Part shown: in pieces, positions 1-11,588 of the stretch
How positions within the stretch are numbered: the stretch's first letter is position 1
Layout: each line of letters opens with the position of its first letter
DNA from: Eukaryota sp. TZLM1-RC
Taxonomy: Eukaryota > Protista > Metamonada: BaSk clade
Assembly (NCBI GenBank): GCA_040285825.1
Contig: JAUPSS010000003.1
Location: 3,658,001 to 3,722,000 of the forward strand
Direction: 5' to 3'
DNA length: 64,000 bases
Notes under the pieces: generated by a model
Database searches by the model: none
What the model was told of the DNA's origin: nothing
Seen by the model: the letters and a program-made list of their open reading frames with translations, nothing else
Translations under genes and position numbers: made by a program

Positions 1-2426
1 TACGCTAGTCGTCACACTAGGATGGCCAACATTTGCATGTCCATGAATGATAGTTAAAGTCTGCTTCTTTAAACTATCTGGGATGACAATCTTCCCACGA
101 TTGTTGGTATACAATTGAATATCTGAATTATAATTGTAATCTTTATAATAATCAGGATTTGAATCAACATCTATAAGTTGTTCTTGCCTAATTTTTGAGA
201 TCCAAGTGTCAAATAAATCAAATTTAGTATCCTCAACTGCTTCTTTCAGTGCAGATAAGCTATTAATCGTGGGTAGCTCAATTGTGGACGGTTGAGTAAT
301 ATCATCCCTTAACAAATTAACTCTAGTTAATAAATTTAAATAGGGTAATTGTTCTTCAACTCTGTGAGGTGCCAAGTTTCTCACTTGTTGGACTCGAGGG
401 GTTTTGGGTTTGGTATCAACCAATCTAGACAACATGTCTGCCCAATAATTCTCCTCGCCTGCAGTGTAAACTACATCAAAATTGAATTCTGACAATATTG
501 GTAGCCACCTTTTCACAATTCTGTTCTTTTCAGCAGCTGATATAAGGTATGCTAAGTTTCAATGATCAGTGAATATAGTTAATTTCCTCGAAATTAAATA
601 ATTTTCTAAACTACTGTCAGTGAGAATTAGTAAAATTGCATACAACTCTTTCTGAAGCACAGACCAATTCTTTTGTGAAGTTGATAATAATCTGCTAAAA
701 AGGCAATAGGTACAACCTTTTTCTTAATTAGCGGTGTCGTAGGATCTTTAGGTGGGTTAGCTTCTTGCCATATTACTCCACCTACAGCCACATCGGACGT
801 GTCAGCACTTATTAAAATATGCTTGTCTTCTGAGGGCAATTCAAGAGGGATATTTGCTTTAATAAGATTTATAATCTTACCAGAAGCCTCGTCATGATCA
901 GAAGTCCACTTGATTTTTGACGGTTTGTTTCTGGTTAATTTGTTGATTGGTTCTATCAAATCAGACAAATTTGGCAACCAGTCACGTATATAATTGATCC
1001 AACCTATAAAACTCCTAACTTCAGGTAATGTCCTGGGTTTGGGTAGGTTGATCAGTCCCTCAATCCTAGATTCATCTATATTACGGGTTTTGTTTACAAA
1101 AATACTACCTAGAATTTTTATTTCATGTTTACAAGTGGTAAAGCTACACTTGGGTAGGCCCAGGTTAACTCTAAAACGTTTGGCGCGTTCTAGGACCGTA
1201 CCTACTCTGGATAGAAATTCATCCAGGGTCGAAGCTACTATTATTATATCATCGATATAAATAAATACGCCCTCAGAATCAAATATTTCCATCATCATGT
1301 TTTGGAAGACTGCAGGAACGTTCTTCAAACCAAAACAAGCCCTTTTAAAACTGATCGACATCCCGGGAATTGATACGGTAGTTTTATCAATATCCTCTTC
1401 TGCAATTTTGAGCTGCCAAAATGCCTTAGGTAAATCTAGAGTTGCTATATAATTAGCTTTACTTAGAAACTCTAAAATGTCGCTAATCCTGGGCAAATTT
1501 GCCTCTACAGGTTTAGTTAAATCATTTACTCCACCAATACCACTAAAATCGCCAGTTAATCGTGGTTTCCTGTGATCAGGGTAAATCACAAGACAGATGG
1601 GACTACTGAATTGAGACTTTGCGGGTACAGCAAATCCATTACGGATCAATTCGTTAAAAATTTCCTCGGCTACCCGTTGTTTTTCTGGGTTTAATCTTCG
1701 AGGTTTCCTTTTGACGACCTTACTTTCGTCATAAAATGGAATGGTCATCGGCTGACAATCAATTCCATCCGGGTGAGGTAGCCCACTAAATACATTTCTA
1801 TATTTTTCGAGTAGCACGACTAGGCGTTCCTCGTTCCTAATGTCATCCAGGCATATTCTACAGCCCAACTCATCTAACTCATGTCTAAATGTGGAATGCC
1901 CAAAATCATTACCTAAGTCTGATTTATTACTCAATTGTTCTATGAATCTAATTGGTTGACAAATTCTATTATCGAACTCACATTCAGCATTTAAGATGGT
2001 GCGGTGTTCGCGATCCAAATTAATATTGAAACCGTGCTCCGTGCGTAGCCCCAAGGTTTGTAATAAGTCTCTTCCGATCAAAAAATTATTGGTACCAGGA
2101 ATGATCTAGAATTCGATCCTTAAAAACACTTGAGTGGCCAAGCTACCCACATTTAGAGCAAGAACACCACTTGCACATCCCAGGGTCGTGCAGCGAATAC
2201 CGTTTGCCGATAAGTATTCGACAGTCTTATTGTCATTAACTGTCATATTACATTTAGAGGCTAAATCCATTGATAATGCTGAAAATGCAGCTCCATTATC
2301 AATTTCGCCTTGTACTTCCACGTTATTTATAGTGCAGGTTAACCAAAGTTCCCCGTTAGAAATTTCTTGGTCCTCTGCTACCCTGGATAGTCTAACACTG
2401 TGGATAGAACCCCCAGGATTGGATGA
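1..2426 (-). pseudogene. Gypsy pol (protease-RT-RNase H-start of integrase), disrupted
   Basis: In frame with gag after TAG at 2427-2429. Second TAG at 2106-2108 inside the protease, frameshift near 697 (PIAF then FSRLLSTSQKNW), TGA near 562. Confidence 0.88.
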
Positions 2427-5372
2427 CTATCTAAATCTTTTTAATGGATTTAGGTGCTTATAATTCGAATCTGCTTTGCTCATTTTATAAATGGATTTGA
2501 TTGAATTTTTTGTAAAGTTATTGTTAAAAGATGTATAATCATCTGATTTATTACTACTACTTTTACGTTTTCTATCACGTTTTTCGCCTCCTTGACGCTT
2601 TTTTGAACCGGGTCTTCCCACTAATTTAAAACATTTCTCTTCAGGATGTTTATTGGTTTTACATAAGTTACACCATTGCTCTGAAGGGATGGGTCGACTG
2701 CTTACTCTAGGGTTCTTAAAAGGACCTTTTGACTGGCTTCGTCCTTTTTGCGCAGGAGCGTGAGCACCAAAAGCTGTTCTTATCAAATTCATGTCTTTGA
2801 TCGAGGATTCAAGGCTATTGACCTTGTTAACAAATGCGATACCTAAATCGTAGATCGCATCGTCCAGTTTCTCGTTGCTCGAATCAAACTTGCCAATCCA
2901 AATGATATATGTGTCCATCAATTGATTGTTTGTTTTGTCGTTAATAGTTTCGAGAAATCTCTTTGCTGGGTAGACGACAGACGGATTACCATCCGTTCCA
3001 GGCATAATTGTAGAGCGTCGAATTATATATATGATCTGCTCTATGAAGGCTGTCCATGAAGATTCAGCAGTCATTCTGCGACTGATCTTAGGTGGTCTTA
3101 CAGACCTTAAAGCCTTCTCAACATCGGTAGGGTATTTGTACTGGGTGCTGAGTAGCAAATATTCCCAGATTTCGGCGTCAGATGGGTTGTTGCCTAACAC
3201 GTTTGTTCGGCCTCCATAAAAACTCTGCCATTCTGCGATGACCTTACCCTCGATCATAAATCTCAAATACAAAGGGTCCACTTCGAAGAACATAGATCTA
3301 ACGAAGTCGTACTGATGAACAGGTTGACCGTATTTGGTGATCGGCGTAAATGCTCTGGTGGGTCCATCGCGATCCCTAACTGTTTTAGCCCAATTGCCAA
3401 AGTTAAGAACGAAGTCGAAGATCTTTTTGGCGTCAACCGCTTCATTTAACTTAACTAGGCATCTGAGTTTGTCGTATATTCTTTTCCTCAATTTCTCCTC
3501 GTCTGTTACAGGAGTTCTATAAAGACCGAGGGTGTCGACGAGAGAATCTCTAGGAGCATTCGTTCCTAGGGGTTGCGTGGGTATAGATGATTTTATAACA
3601 GATGCTTGTGTAGGAGTTGCTTCACAAGAAGCTCTCCTAGATGCCAGAGGCCCTACAGAAGGTGTACTAAATAGGTTCATATTCCTCTCTTCTGAAGGCA
3701 ATGTTTCGCCCAACTTTATGATAAATCTTGTCTTAGGAGGTTCCTCCTGCACAGGTACAGTCTGGGCTGGTGGCCTTAAATCCACCCAATCTGGTGCATC
3801 TTTAGATCCTCTAGGGACCCCTGCTAGTTTATGATCATATGGAAGGCAACTGCTCTTTATTAAGACATTCTCAAAAACATTTTGGTCGGGCCAGCTATCA
3901 ACCCATGCCTTAAGTTTAGCCATCCATGCATCAGGATATACTAATTTTAACTTGTTAGGGCCAACACGCTGCTCTTTCAATTCAATTACCCTAGTGCCTA
4001 TTTCTCTAATGTAGGACTCTTTGGTATGAAATTGAAGAGTGTCACCTCGAGATTCATCGAATCTGCCTCCAAGCATAATAAAAATGTCCGCAATGGAATC
4101 TTTTGGGTGTACGTTCTCCACTAGGAAATGGTTTACGACGCCTCTGAGGTTTCTACCTTGTTGATTATCAGGATACATTTTAGCTATCCAAAATAGTCTG
4201 TCGTAAGCTTCTTGATTTCCACTGAAATATATTTTGTGGTCATCAATTGCATATCTATGCCATTTGGCAGGCCTGGGAGTAGCAGCTTGATACTTTGAAC
4301 GAGGAGCGCTGAAATAGCAATCCTCGACTGCACTCATCCCACACGAGACTGCCGAATCGGTAAGATCATCCAATCTCTTTAAAAGATTTGGACTTTGATC
4401 ATAATTCTCGTAGACGACGTCGTCAAGTGTTTTGCCGTGGTCTTCCCCAAAGAGGAAGGGCCAAAGTTTCGCTAAATAGTCACGTCGGACCTTCTCACAT
4501 TCGGCTGGGTCTACGTCTCCCGCAAGACGTTCTGACTCATTCTCAGCCATTTTTAATAATTCGTCATCACTCCAATCCATTACATCTTCGGGAGGATTGG
4601 CGATGAGGGCCAATAAGAAATCTCTAGTTACAGCCTCAACTGCCTTTGCTAATTTCCTTCGGTAAAGACCCTGAGAAGTTCTTTCCGTAGATGGGAAACT
4701 AGGAGTTGGATTAGGAGGATTGGGTGTATGAGGTGGTTCATCATCGCTCTCATCCCCTCTCCTGCTGTAGTTCTGATTAAGAGATCCTTTGGAATCACTT
4801 TGAGGTTCCTCACTTGAGCTGATGTCAGAAGTAGGTGAGGAGGGAGTTTTACGTGAGGAGCTAGTCGTAGACTGTTGCTCGCCTTCGCCTCCTTCACCCT
4901 CTGTACAAGCGTCAGATTTGTTACTTACAACAAACGCTTTGAATCTCCGTTGCTCGCTCGGGGTGAGAAAACTCTTCCTACAAGGAAGGAGCTCCGAGGA
5001 GTTATTGGGATATGTGTACAGTTCTGTCACATCCACAACGTGGTTACCTCTCTCCTTATTAGGGAGGTGACTTCCTTTCTGGGAGGAAGGGCTCTCCTCA
5101 GTGTGAAGTTCACTCTCCTTATTGGGGAGGTGGCTTTCTTTCTGAGAGGCAAGGCTCTTCTCAGCGGAAAGCTCACTCTCCTTAGGAGGATTACTCTTCC
5201 CGAAGGAAGGATTACTCTCCGTAGGTGGAGGATTACTCACCGTGGGTGGTGGATTACTCACCGTGGGTGGTGGATTGTTCTCCTTCAAAGAAGGGACATT
5301 ACTCTTCCTCAGAGAGGAAGGAGGGTTATCATTGTGGCTTTTCAGGCCATTAATTAATGATGCTTTATCCAT
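2427..5372 (-). CDS. Large Gag-like protein (~980 aa) with N-terminal tandem peptide repeats and C-terminal zinc knuckle
   Basis: Uninterrupted ORF with CNLCKTNKHPEEKC (CX2CX4HX4C), directly upstream of pol. ATG 5372 chosen because the ORF-track start lies in the putative PBS. Confidence 0.8.
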   Translation of the reverse strand: MDKASLINGLKSHNDNPPSSLRKSNVPSLKENNPPPTVSNPPPTVSNPPPTESNPSFGKSNPPKESELSAEKSLASQKESHLPNKESELHTEESPSSQKGSHLPNKERGNHVVDVTELYTYPNNSSELLPCRKSFLTPSEQRRFKAFVVSNKSDACTEGEGGEGEQQSTTSSSRKTPSSPTSDISSSEEPQSDSKGSLNQNYSRRGDESDDEPPHTPNPPNPTPSFPSTERTSQGLYRRKLAKAVEAVTRDFLLALIANPPEDVMDWSDDELLKMAENESERLAGDVDPAECEKVRRDYLAKLWPFLFGEDHGKTLDDVVYENYDQSPNLLKRLDDLTDSAVSCGMSAVEDCYFSAPRSKYQAATPRPAKWHRYAIDDHKIYFSGNQEAYDRLFWIAKMYPDNQQGRNLRGVVNHFLVENVHPKDSIADIFIMLGGRFDESRGDTLQFHTKESYIREIGTRVIELKEQRVGPNKLKLVYPDAWMAKLKAWVDSWPDQNVFENVLIKSSCLPYDHKLAGVPRGSKDAPDWVDLRPPAQTVPVQEEPPKTRFIIKLGETLPSEERNMNLFSTPSVGPLASRRASCEATPTQASVIKSSIPTQPLGTNAPRDSLVDTLGLYRTPVTDEEKLRKRIYDKLRCLVKLNEAVDAKKIFDFVLNFGNWAKTVRDRDGPTRAFTPITKYGQPVHQYDFVRSMFFEVDPLYLRFMIEGKVIAEWQSFYGGRTNVLGNNPSDAEIWEYLLLSTQYKYPTDVEKALRSVRPPKISRRMTAESSWTAFIEQIIYIIRRSTIMPGTDGNPSVVYPAKRFLETINDKTNNQLMDTYIIWIGKFDSSNEKLDDAIYDLGIAFVNKVNSLESSIKDMNLIRTAFGAHAPAQKGRSQSKGPFKNPRVSSRPIPSEQWCNLCKTNKHPEEKCFKLVGRPGSKKRQGGEKRDRKRKSSSNKSDDYTSFNNNFTKNSIKSIYKMSKADSNYKHLNPLKRFR
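5050..5277 (-). repeat. In-frame tandem repeats in gag (21 bp x3, NPPPT[V/E]S; ~60 bp x2, ESEL..E..SQK.SHLPNKE)
   Basis: ggattactcaccgtgggtggt repeated at 5210-5277; the peptide repeats are visible in the translation. Confidence 0.85.
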
Positions 5373-5418
5373 ATATGATAACAAAGAATAAGGGTAATTT
5401 ATTAGAATTTCACCGGCC

Positions 5419-5500
5419 CTTATAAAGGCCATCACTAGTGAACTAAACTATATAAATACAAATGTACTAGACTAATTGTCCACAGTACAACAGATAATTG
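5419..5500 (-). promoter_or_regulatory. Putative primer-binding site and 3' end of the 5' LTR
   Basis: Minus-strand TTCACTAG-TGATGGCCTTTATAAG upstream of gag. The same blocks (aaggccatcactagtgaa; actaatt.tccacagtacaac) recur at 32125-32180. Confidence 0.5.
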
Positions 5501-5683
5501 TAATCCCAGTAACAATGGTGAAAGAAAGCTGTTTAATAGAAGAAAGTTGGTATTTTGAATATGTTTGCGAATGCTGAAGCGAGGATGAGAGGTAATGAAA
5601 GGCTATTTTATTTGAGTAGAAGTTAGTTTTTGTAATTGTTCCGCACGAATATAGATCGTGTAAATATGGGGATTTTCCCCATA

Positions 5684-7453
5684 ATGAGCACAACGCTTTC
5701 ATCAGTCTTGTCTCTCTTTCCAAACGCTGTGCGTGGTGTCAAGCTGTCACTGGTTGATAAAGAGATTACCACAATTGATCTTGTTTCTTCTCAATATCAT
5801 ACACTCGAAGTACTCTTCCTATCCAACAACTACATCAACAACCTTACTTCACTCACTCAGTTCAGCTCTCTTCGCATATTATCGCTTGCCAATAATGAGA
5901 TATCAAGCATCGAGCAATTACACCCCCTCAAGACATTGACCAAATTAACAGTGCTGAATCTTTCGTTTAACAAAGTTCAACAAACTGTGAATTACCGGGC
6001 TCAAGTCATTAATATGCTTCCTTCATTGACTTATCTTGATTCTGCTGACGTGTCATCTGCTGACGTGTCAGTTGCCCAAAAATATGTATCCAGGGAAGAA
6101 ACTTTGAAAAATACCATTAAATCAAATCATTTACTACTTTGGAAGCTTTCCTTAGTCCAAAACCGATTTAATTTACATTCGAAATTAATATTATATAATG
6201 ATAAATCAAATGAACTTAATGTCAAAGTTTTGCTGGAGGAAACTTGCCTGACTTTCATTGACCAGATTCCGTATTCCATGGCGGATTATAACCTTTTTAA
6301 TCATTTTAGGTCAAATTTCAAAGGAAAACCAAAGACTTTCACATCACTTTGTTCAAGGTGGCTATCATGTTTGTCATCAGTAATCAGCCAGCAAACCAGT
6401 AAAATTTCCAATGAATTAACCAATCTCTCCGACACTTACCTTTCCATTGTAAATTCTACAGTTTCTGAAGATGTGAGTATTACGAAAATTTCATCTGATA
6501 CGTGTTATTCGTCACTGATTCCATTATCACGTCATCAGCATCAATTTTTGAATTCCTTTTTGACCTCAATTTTGAATGAAGAAAATCCTTTTGAACTTGA
6601 ACAACTTTTATCTCGTTTATATTCAGAATTTACTCACAAAAAAGAATTAACTATACTTTACTTTGGTTTTGTCAAATTAAAAACAATGTTGTCTTGGTTG
6701 AAATCCTTGAAACTTTACAGTTATAATTTAAATTTGAAACAGAATTGCACTATTTTGAGTAAGTTTTTCTCGTTCTGGTACTCATCATCTAAGGACATCA
6801 CTTATCAGAAAAGATTAATGCATTTAGTAAACCAACTGAAAAAGAAAATCAACTTTCACAGAATTTACTCTTATTACAATTCAACTAGAGTTTTCACCAC
6901 TCTTTGTGAGGGTTTGTTGAAGGAATTTAGTGTGGGTAAACAACAAAATCTTTTAAAAGAATCATTTATTATATGGAAAAACATTTTAATTTCAAATAGT
7001 TATTTCAAAGTCAGATTACTAAGATTGTTCTTCAATAAGTGTAAGTCTTCTCTTAATATACTGAAAAGTACCTTTACTCAACAACAATTACAATTTAGAA
7101 AACAGCAAATACTTTGCAATTATTACCAAAATTGGTACTTATCTCACCAAATGATTAAGTTCTATAGGCAATTAGAAGTCAAAAGAATTCTTGATTTTTT
7201 TGAACTTTGGAGAACAAATTGGGCGCAATCTTGTTTAGATTCCGCCAATCTGATGGATATTTTTCAATCAAAATACCAATCAAATTTTACACCTGCTGTT
7301 AGTGTTTCGAGTAGTTATTCTGATTTCTATCAACCCGAATTTAAATTAAACAAGGCTGTTTATCATGATGATTCACCTTTTGAACAATCTAATTCTTCTA
7401 CTTCTATTGAAATTGATCGGTTGGAAGCTCGAATACTGGCCCGATTGAGTTAA
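5684..7453 (+). CDS. SDS22-type LRR protein with C-terminal Sfi1-like W-repeats (possibly centriolar/ciliary)
   Basis: LFLSNNYI, LSLANNEI, LNLSFNKV, LRR cap NYRAQVINMLPSLTYLD; repeated F/Y-x-x-W motifs. Start could be ATG 5666 or 5684. Confidence 0.75.
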   Translation: MSTTLSSVLSLFPNAVRGVKLSLVDKEITTIDLVSSQYHTLEVLFLSNNYINNLTSLTQFSSLRILSLANNEISSIEQLHPLKTLTKLTVLNLSFNKVQQTVNYRAQVINMLPSLTYLDSADVSSADVSVAQKYVSREETLKNTIKSNHLLLWKLSLVQNRFNLHSKLILYNDKSNELNVKVLLEETCLTFIDQIPYSMADYNLFNHFRSNFKGKPKTFTSLCSRWLSCLSSVISQQTSKISNELTNLSDTYLSIVNSTVSEDVSITKISSDTCYSSLIPLSRHQHQFLNSFLTSILNEENPFELEQLLSRLYSEFTHKKELTILYFGFVKLKTMLSWLKSLKLYSYNLNLKQNCTILSKFFSFWYSSSKDITYQKRLMHLVNQLKKKINFHRIYSYYNSTRVFTTLCEGLLKEFSVGKQQNLLKESFIIWKNILISNSYFKVRLLRLFFNKCKSSLNILKSTFTQQQLQFRKQQILCNYYQNWYLSHQMIKFYRQLEVKRILDFFELWRTNWAQSCLDSANLMDIFQSKYQSNFTPAVSVSSSYSDFYQPEFKLNKAVYHDDSPFEQSNSSTSIEIDRLEARILARLS

Positions 7454-7539
7454 TCAATCAATGAACGTGATTGTTCAATTGATTGGAAATTGATTGGAAA
7501 TTATGTTGTATATTACTTATTTCATCAAATTAACTAAGT

Positions 7540-8625
7540 TTATTCATTTATGAAAGCACTTTTTTTAGGCAACCTTTCCAAATAAGTTTTTCCTTTACTT
7601 AATAAACTTAAATTTAAAAACTTTGCACCACTTTTTAAATTTCGAACTAAAAAAGGCAGCCTTTTCCTATTAGGAAAATCACCTACTTCTACCAAAGTCT
7701 GCCTCAAACTATCTTCCAACCGGGAAATAAAACTTAAAGGTTCAGGTAATAAGTCTAAATAAATTTGCGTATTATCTTTCTTTTTTGCAACACTACCAAG
7801 ACAACCAAGACTACCACAAAAACACTGAAAGTAATCCATAAAATGAGAAGAAGAAAACTTGTAATTAAAACAAAGTTCTTCTCCGGCAGAGATATCTTTT
7901 TCAGCAAAGATCCCGACTCTCTGTTCATTATCCACAGTCCAAACCTCTACTCTGCAATTAGGGTTACAAGAATGATTTATAAATCTCGATTGCGAACCAT
8001 AAACCCTAGCATCAATAACTAGCCCATTGCCAAGATAAAGAAAGTAGACAGGAGCAGATTGTCTTATTAATTTTGCAAGTCTTCTTTGGGCGGAATCGAT
8101 AGTAATGACCTCGCCTACGTACTCCGTGATGAACTGATTCTGTTTAATGTTACTAGTACACTTCAAGCCCCAGCCCTTACCTTTAGTTTCAAACACCTTG
8201 AATTTCAAAGTTCTGGGCAGTTGGAATCTCAAGTTGGTACACTTCACACCACACGGACAGACTCCTGGAGAACATTCAATCATGGCAATCCTGTTTAAGC
8301 ACCCTTCTCCACAAAGGGAAGATGGAGAGCATTCACAAGGAAAGGGGGTAGGTGATCTAGGCTTAGGGACATTAATATATTGATTACATCTAATGCGATG
8401 GTATTTCGGGAGAGATCCGGAATGTTGTGATAGAGTTTTTTTGGGAAAGTATAGCACACGTTTGTTTGAAGCATTCTCGTATGTGGAAGAATAAAGTGCA
8501 GATGATACTTCAGATTCAGTTTCATAAGACGAAACGCATATTGTTATATCATAACAGGACTCGGTGGCTGTGTCGTATTCGATTATCTCTTCATGGATTA
8601 TATCATTATGAGTTCCAGTGTCCAT
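7540..8625 (-). CDS. AWS-SET-postSET histone lysine methyltransferase (SET2/NSD/ASH1-like, H3K36)
   Basis: CLNRIAMIECS, KGWGL, EYVGEVI, SRFINHSCNPNC, GEELCFNY, CFCGSLGC. Confidence 0.92.
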   Translation of the reverse strand: MDTGTHNDIIHEEIIEYDTATESCYDITICVSSYETESEVSSALYSSTYENASNKRVLYFPKKTLSQHSGSLPKYHRIRCNQYINVPKPRSPTPFPCECSPSSLCGEGCLNRIAMIECSPGVCPCGVKCTNLRFQLPRTLKFKVFETKGKGWGLKCTSNIKQNQFITEYVGEVITIDSAQRRLAKLIRQSAPVYFLYLGNGLVIDARVYGSQSRFINHSCNPNCRVEVWTVDNEQRVGIFAEKDISAGEELCFNYKFSSSHFMDYFQCFCGSLGCLGSVAKKKDNTQIYLDLLPEPLSFISRLEDSLRQTLVEVGDFPNRKRLPFLVRNLKSGAKFLNLSLLSKGKTYLERLPKKSAFINE

Positions 8626-8739
8626 TATTACAGATATTGTCTATAACAATGAAATAAGTGTCCTTTTTACACCAATGTAGAGAAACTGAGTTTTTGAGAA
8701 GTGGAAGATTTTCTCCTTGATACCATTTTCTTTGAACAT

Positions 8740-11304
8740 GTAACAACCTTGGCTCTCTGTAGGTATACTGGTCTATCTCCACCTTTTACATGTGCTTCCA
8801 TCACTGCCAATATATTCAGTGAAGCATTTCGATCTCTATTCTACAAACTTTTGCACTATTTACACTTGGTAAGCTTGTGACGAGTAGACATCTCTTGCCT
8901 CTTCCATGGCCCTGGATTTCTGCACCATCGGAATGTTTCAACTGTTTTCTCCGCTTTCTTACAATTGAAACAACAGCAACGGGTTCGAAACTCGTCAATT
9001 AGAGACCTTATCACCAGTCTTTTTAAATAAAATCCTCAAACCTTTCCCTTTAGTTGGTTCTTTGAATTTCATGTGTTTTCGTTGTTCCCGTCATTTTAGT
9101 TTCCTGAATGTTCTCTGGTCATAGACCCCACCAACGATACTATTTATATAATTATTTTGTTTTGTAAACTCCATAAATATATCAAACCTGCAGCTCTGGA
9201 ATTGAATTGAGGTAAAGTGGCTTCCCATTCTGCTACAGATTTAGTTTTTTGATTAATGTTACCCAAGTTTAATGAGTAATCAATTTCATGGGGAATACTG
9301 ATTTCTTGAGGTACTTCACTCTTAATAAACTAATTGTTCTTTCAGTCATTTGATTAATTATACTGCTGTTTAAATACATCCTTTCTTGTTGCTCTTCTCA
9401 TAATTCGTAATTGGACGGATCAATTACTCTGCCGGTAGAGTTACTTATTGTGATAAGAGTGTCATTCCGTTTGCTCTCTCTTATTCTTTTGAATTTGGTG
9501 TTTTTGGTCAAATCTTCATTGATTTTGAGTGTACCTGAAATGAACATATTTATCTCTTTCAGGTTTCCTTGAAGGAGTCATTCAGGTAGCTAAATTGGCA
9601 GAAAAATAGAGTAGATCAAATTTACCTGGATCAGCAGCAGCCAGGGTCATATCTTGATATTGAGAAGAATTAATTCTGGGGTCATCAATATATTTCTTTT
9701 TCTTTAAATTCTTTTGCAGTTACTTTGTATTTTTTCAATTCTAGATTGTATGAATGATACTGCTACTCCATCAGTCTTGATTCTAGACATGATGTACTTT
9801 GAATTTTCTGAATAAAGTTTAGTGTTTTTGATCTTGTCCATTTTCAAAATGGTGTCCTATAAAACCAAATCAGCAGCTTGATTATTGCATTGGCAGGACG
9901 GCTTTTGACCAAGAATGTTCGGCAAAGAACAAGTCCAGCAACTTGTCCTGTCAATTCTGGTATAAAATGTTATACAAGATTGTTCCAACGTCAGAGCATG
10001 AAAGAGCTTATTCTCCCTATTTCCTGAAAAATTATCACTATAAAACATGTCAATTTCAAATACAAATTTTATTTTGACAAAAAATCAATCTTTGAAGACT
10101 CTTGCCTTTTTGAAATAATGGGAAGTAAATAAGGGCGATGGCCATTAATCAAAAGCAAACTAATTGATGAAACTCTTTTTTTAGTGTAGATGTCTCACTA
10201 TTAATATCATTCATCCTTCTAGAAGGAAAAATTTAGCCATACTGATATATGATGAAAAGTTCTTCTTACCTTGCTTTTTCAGGACATTGTTGTTTTTATT
10301 AACATTATTGAAAACATCAACGAACCGATCCAAGAAATTAGAATAAAGCTCTTGGATGTTATTTTGGAAATTCACAATCAATTTTTCAATTGTGTAATAC
10401 AAAATATTATTGATTCCTTTTTTAGAGAACAGTTTTGGAACAAGTCTGTTTTTGAAATGTTTGTGATAGAATCCCAAGAATGTTGCACAACGAGGATTTT
10501 CTAAAGCTGTTTTTGTTTTTAGACTAAGGGAACTTTCCTTCTCACTTTGAGTTGTGATAATTAGAAAAGCGTCAATAAATAATTGCCTTTCAATTTTTGG
10601 TAAAAAATCATTATGGTAGCTTATTATTTACTAAACTTCCACACTTTTCAAAAAATTTTAGAAACTTTTTTTAATTTGCGTGGTTCATAATAGTTTGTGT
10701 AGATACTAAAGTCTCAACAACAAATCGACCAGTAATGAAAGGGTTACAGTGTTTGTGATTTAATACTATCAAATTTGAATTATAATATTGAATCCATTCA
10801 CTAGCATGGATTTTACCCTTAGAAAAGTCCTCAATTTGAGATAATTTGTGGATTAACAAAGTTGACAATATTCGAACTTTTATTAAACCTACACACTTCA
10901 CAAAATAAAATCATAACTAACGGGACGAAATTCATTGAACCAAGATTTCCTCTACAAAATCTTGATCTGCTTGCTGTCTAGGTAAAGGTTCTCTAATTCG
11001 ATTGAAAAACCGAAGCAATCTATTAATAATGGCAAATTGAATTCGAGAGCGCCATTAAAAGATATCAAATCTTTTCATTGTTTTTTCTTGCGCAATTTTT
11101 TTGGAAATCATTCAAAATAGTTCCTGCTTCTACTGATGATCCTACGTTTATAGAAAATAAAAATAATTAAGGTTTAAACCAAAAAGCAAATAACAACCAC
11201 CAAATTACTACCTCATTGATCACGTCAATCATTTTCGGATCTCTGATGACATTTTTAAGGCTGTCCTTATAACCATCATAAGGTTTATGTTTAACAGTTT
11301 CCAT
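8740..11304 (-). pseudogene. Fanzor1 (eukaryotic TnpB-like) pseudogene, interrupted
   Basis: Collinear minus-strand motifs: METVK..YKDSLKNVI (11304), NNIQELY..RFV (~10350), IKTDGVAVS (~9770), DPGKFDLL (~9620), FRYTQNQ (~9530), HMKFKEPTKGKGLR, IDEFRT..C..C, C..C..NRDRNASLNI, RPVYLQR (8750-9080). Multiple stops. Confidence 0.85.
10878..11155 (-). mobile_element. 3' fragment of CRE-like non-LTR family A
   Basis: Closely similar to 41310-41590 (RSRIQFAIINRL..EEILVQ stop plus conserved 3' UTR). Confidence 0.85.
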
Positions 11305-11588
11305 GCTGTTGGTTTGACAATTTGGATAAAGGTTTATTGTATTATTTGATGTTGAAATTTTCAGCATTTGAAAGAGGATTATGAATTTCAGAATTAGCAA
11401 GCATTTCATTTGAGGCATTACCAGAATCAACAAACATTACATACAATAAAATGAAGGTTCCATCTATTCCATGTAATATGACATCACCTCTATTATTCTT
11501 ATGAAAATCATCTTCAGTATCAAACAGATTTTGACAACAGAGGTTCCAAAAAGGATTCAATTCTATGCGACTTACACAAACAATATAA

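Larger units (their letters stand above)
1..5660 (-). mobile_element. Ty3/Gypsy LTR retrotransposon (decayed pol; continues beyond the left edge)
   Basis: Minus-strand order gag (CCHC) - protease (IDNGA ... IGRDLL) - RT (LDLPKAFWQ, FGLKNVP, YIDD) - RNase H (DTSDVAVGG, KELYAI, FTDH, ADMLSR) - integrase Zn-binding start (HGHANVGH) is the Gypsy arrangement. The 5' boundary is approximate. Confidence 0.92.

Noticed and set aside
2106-2429. Stop-codon reassignment suggested by in-frame TAGs in Gypsy, CRE and Fanzor ORFs
   Set aside because: Host genes have no internal stops and end in TAA, TGA and TAG (TMC). The TE stops replace different residues (K, W) and co-occur with frameshifts, which indicates decay.
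5414-5431. Histone stem-loop or hammerhead/HDV ribozyme (GGCC hairpin)
   Set aside because: No histone gene or complete catalytic core; the position fits an LTR/PBS junction.
6041-6070. 15-bp tandem duplication (SADVS x2) in the LRR gene
   Set aside because: Trivial in-frame microduplication.
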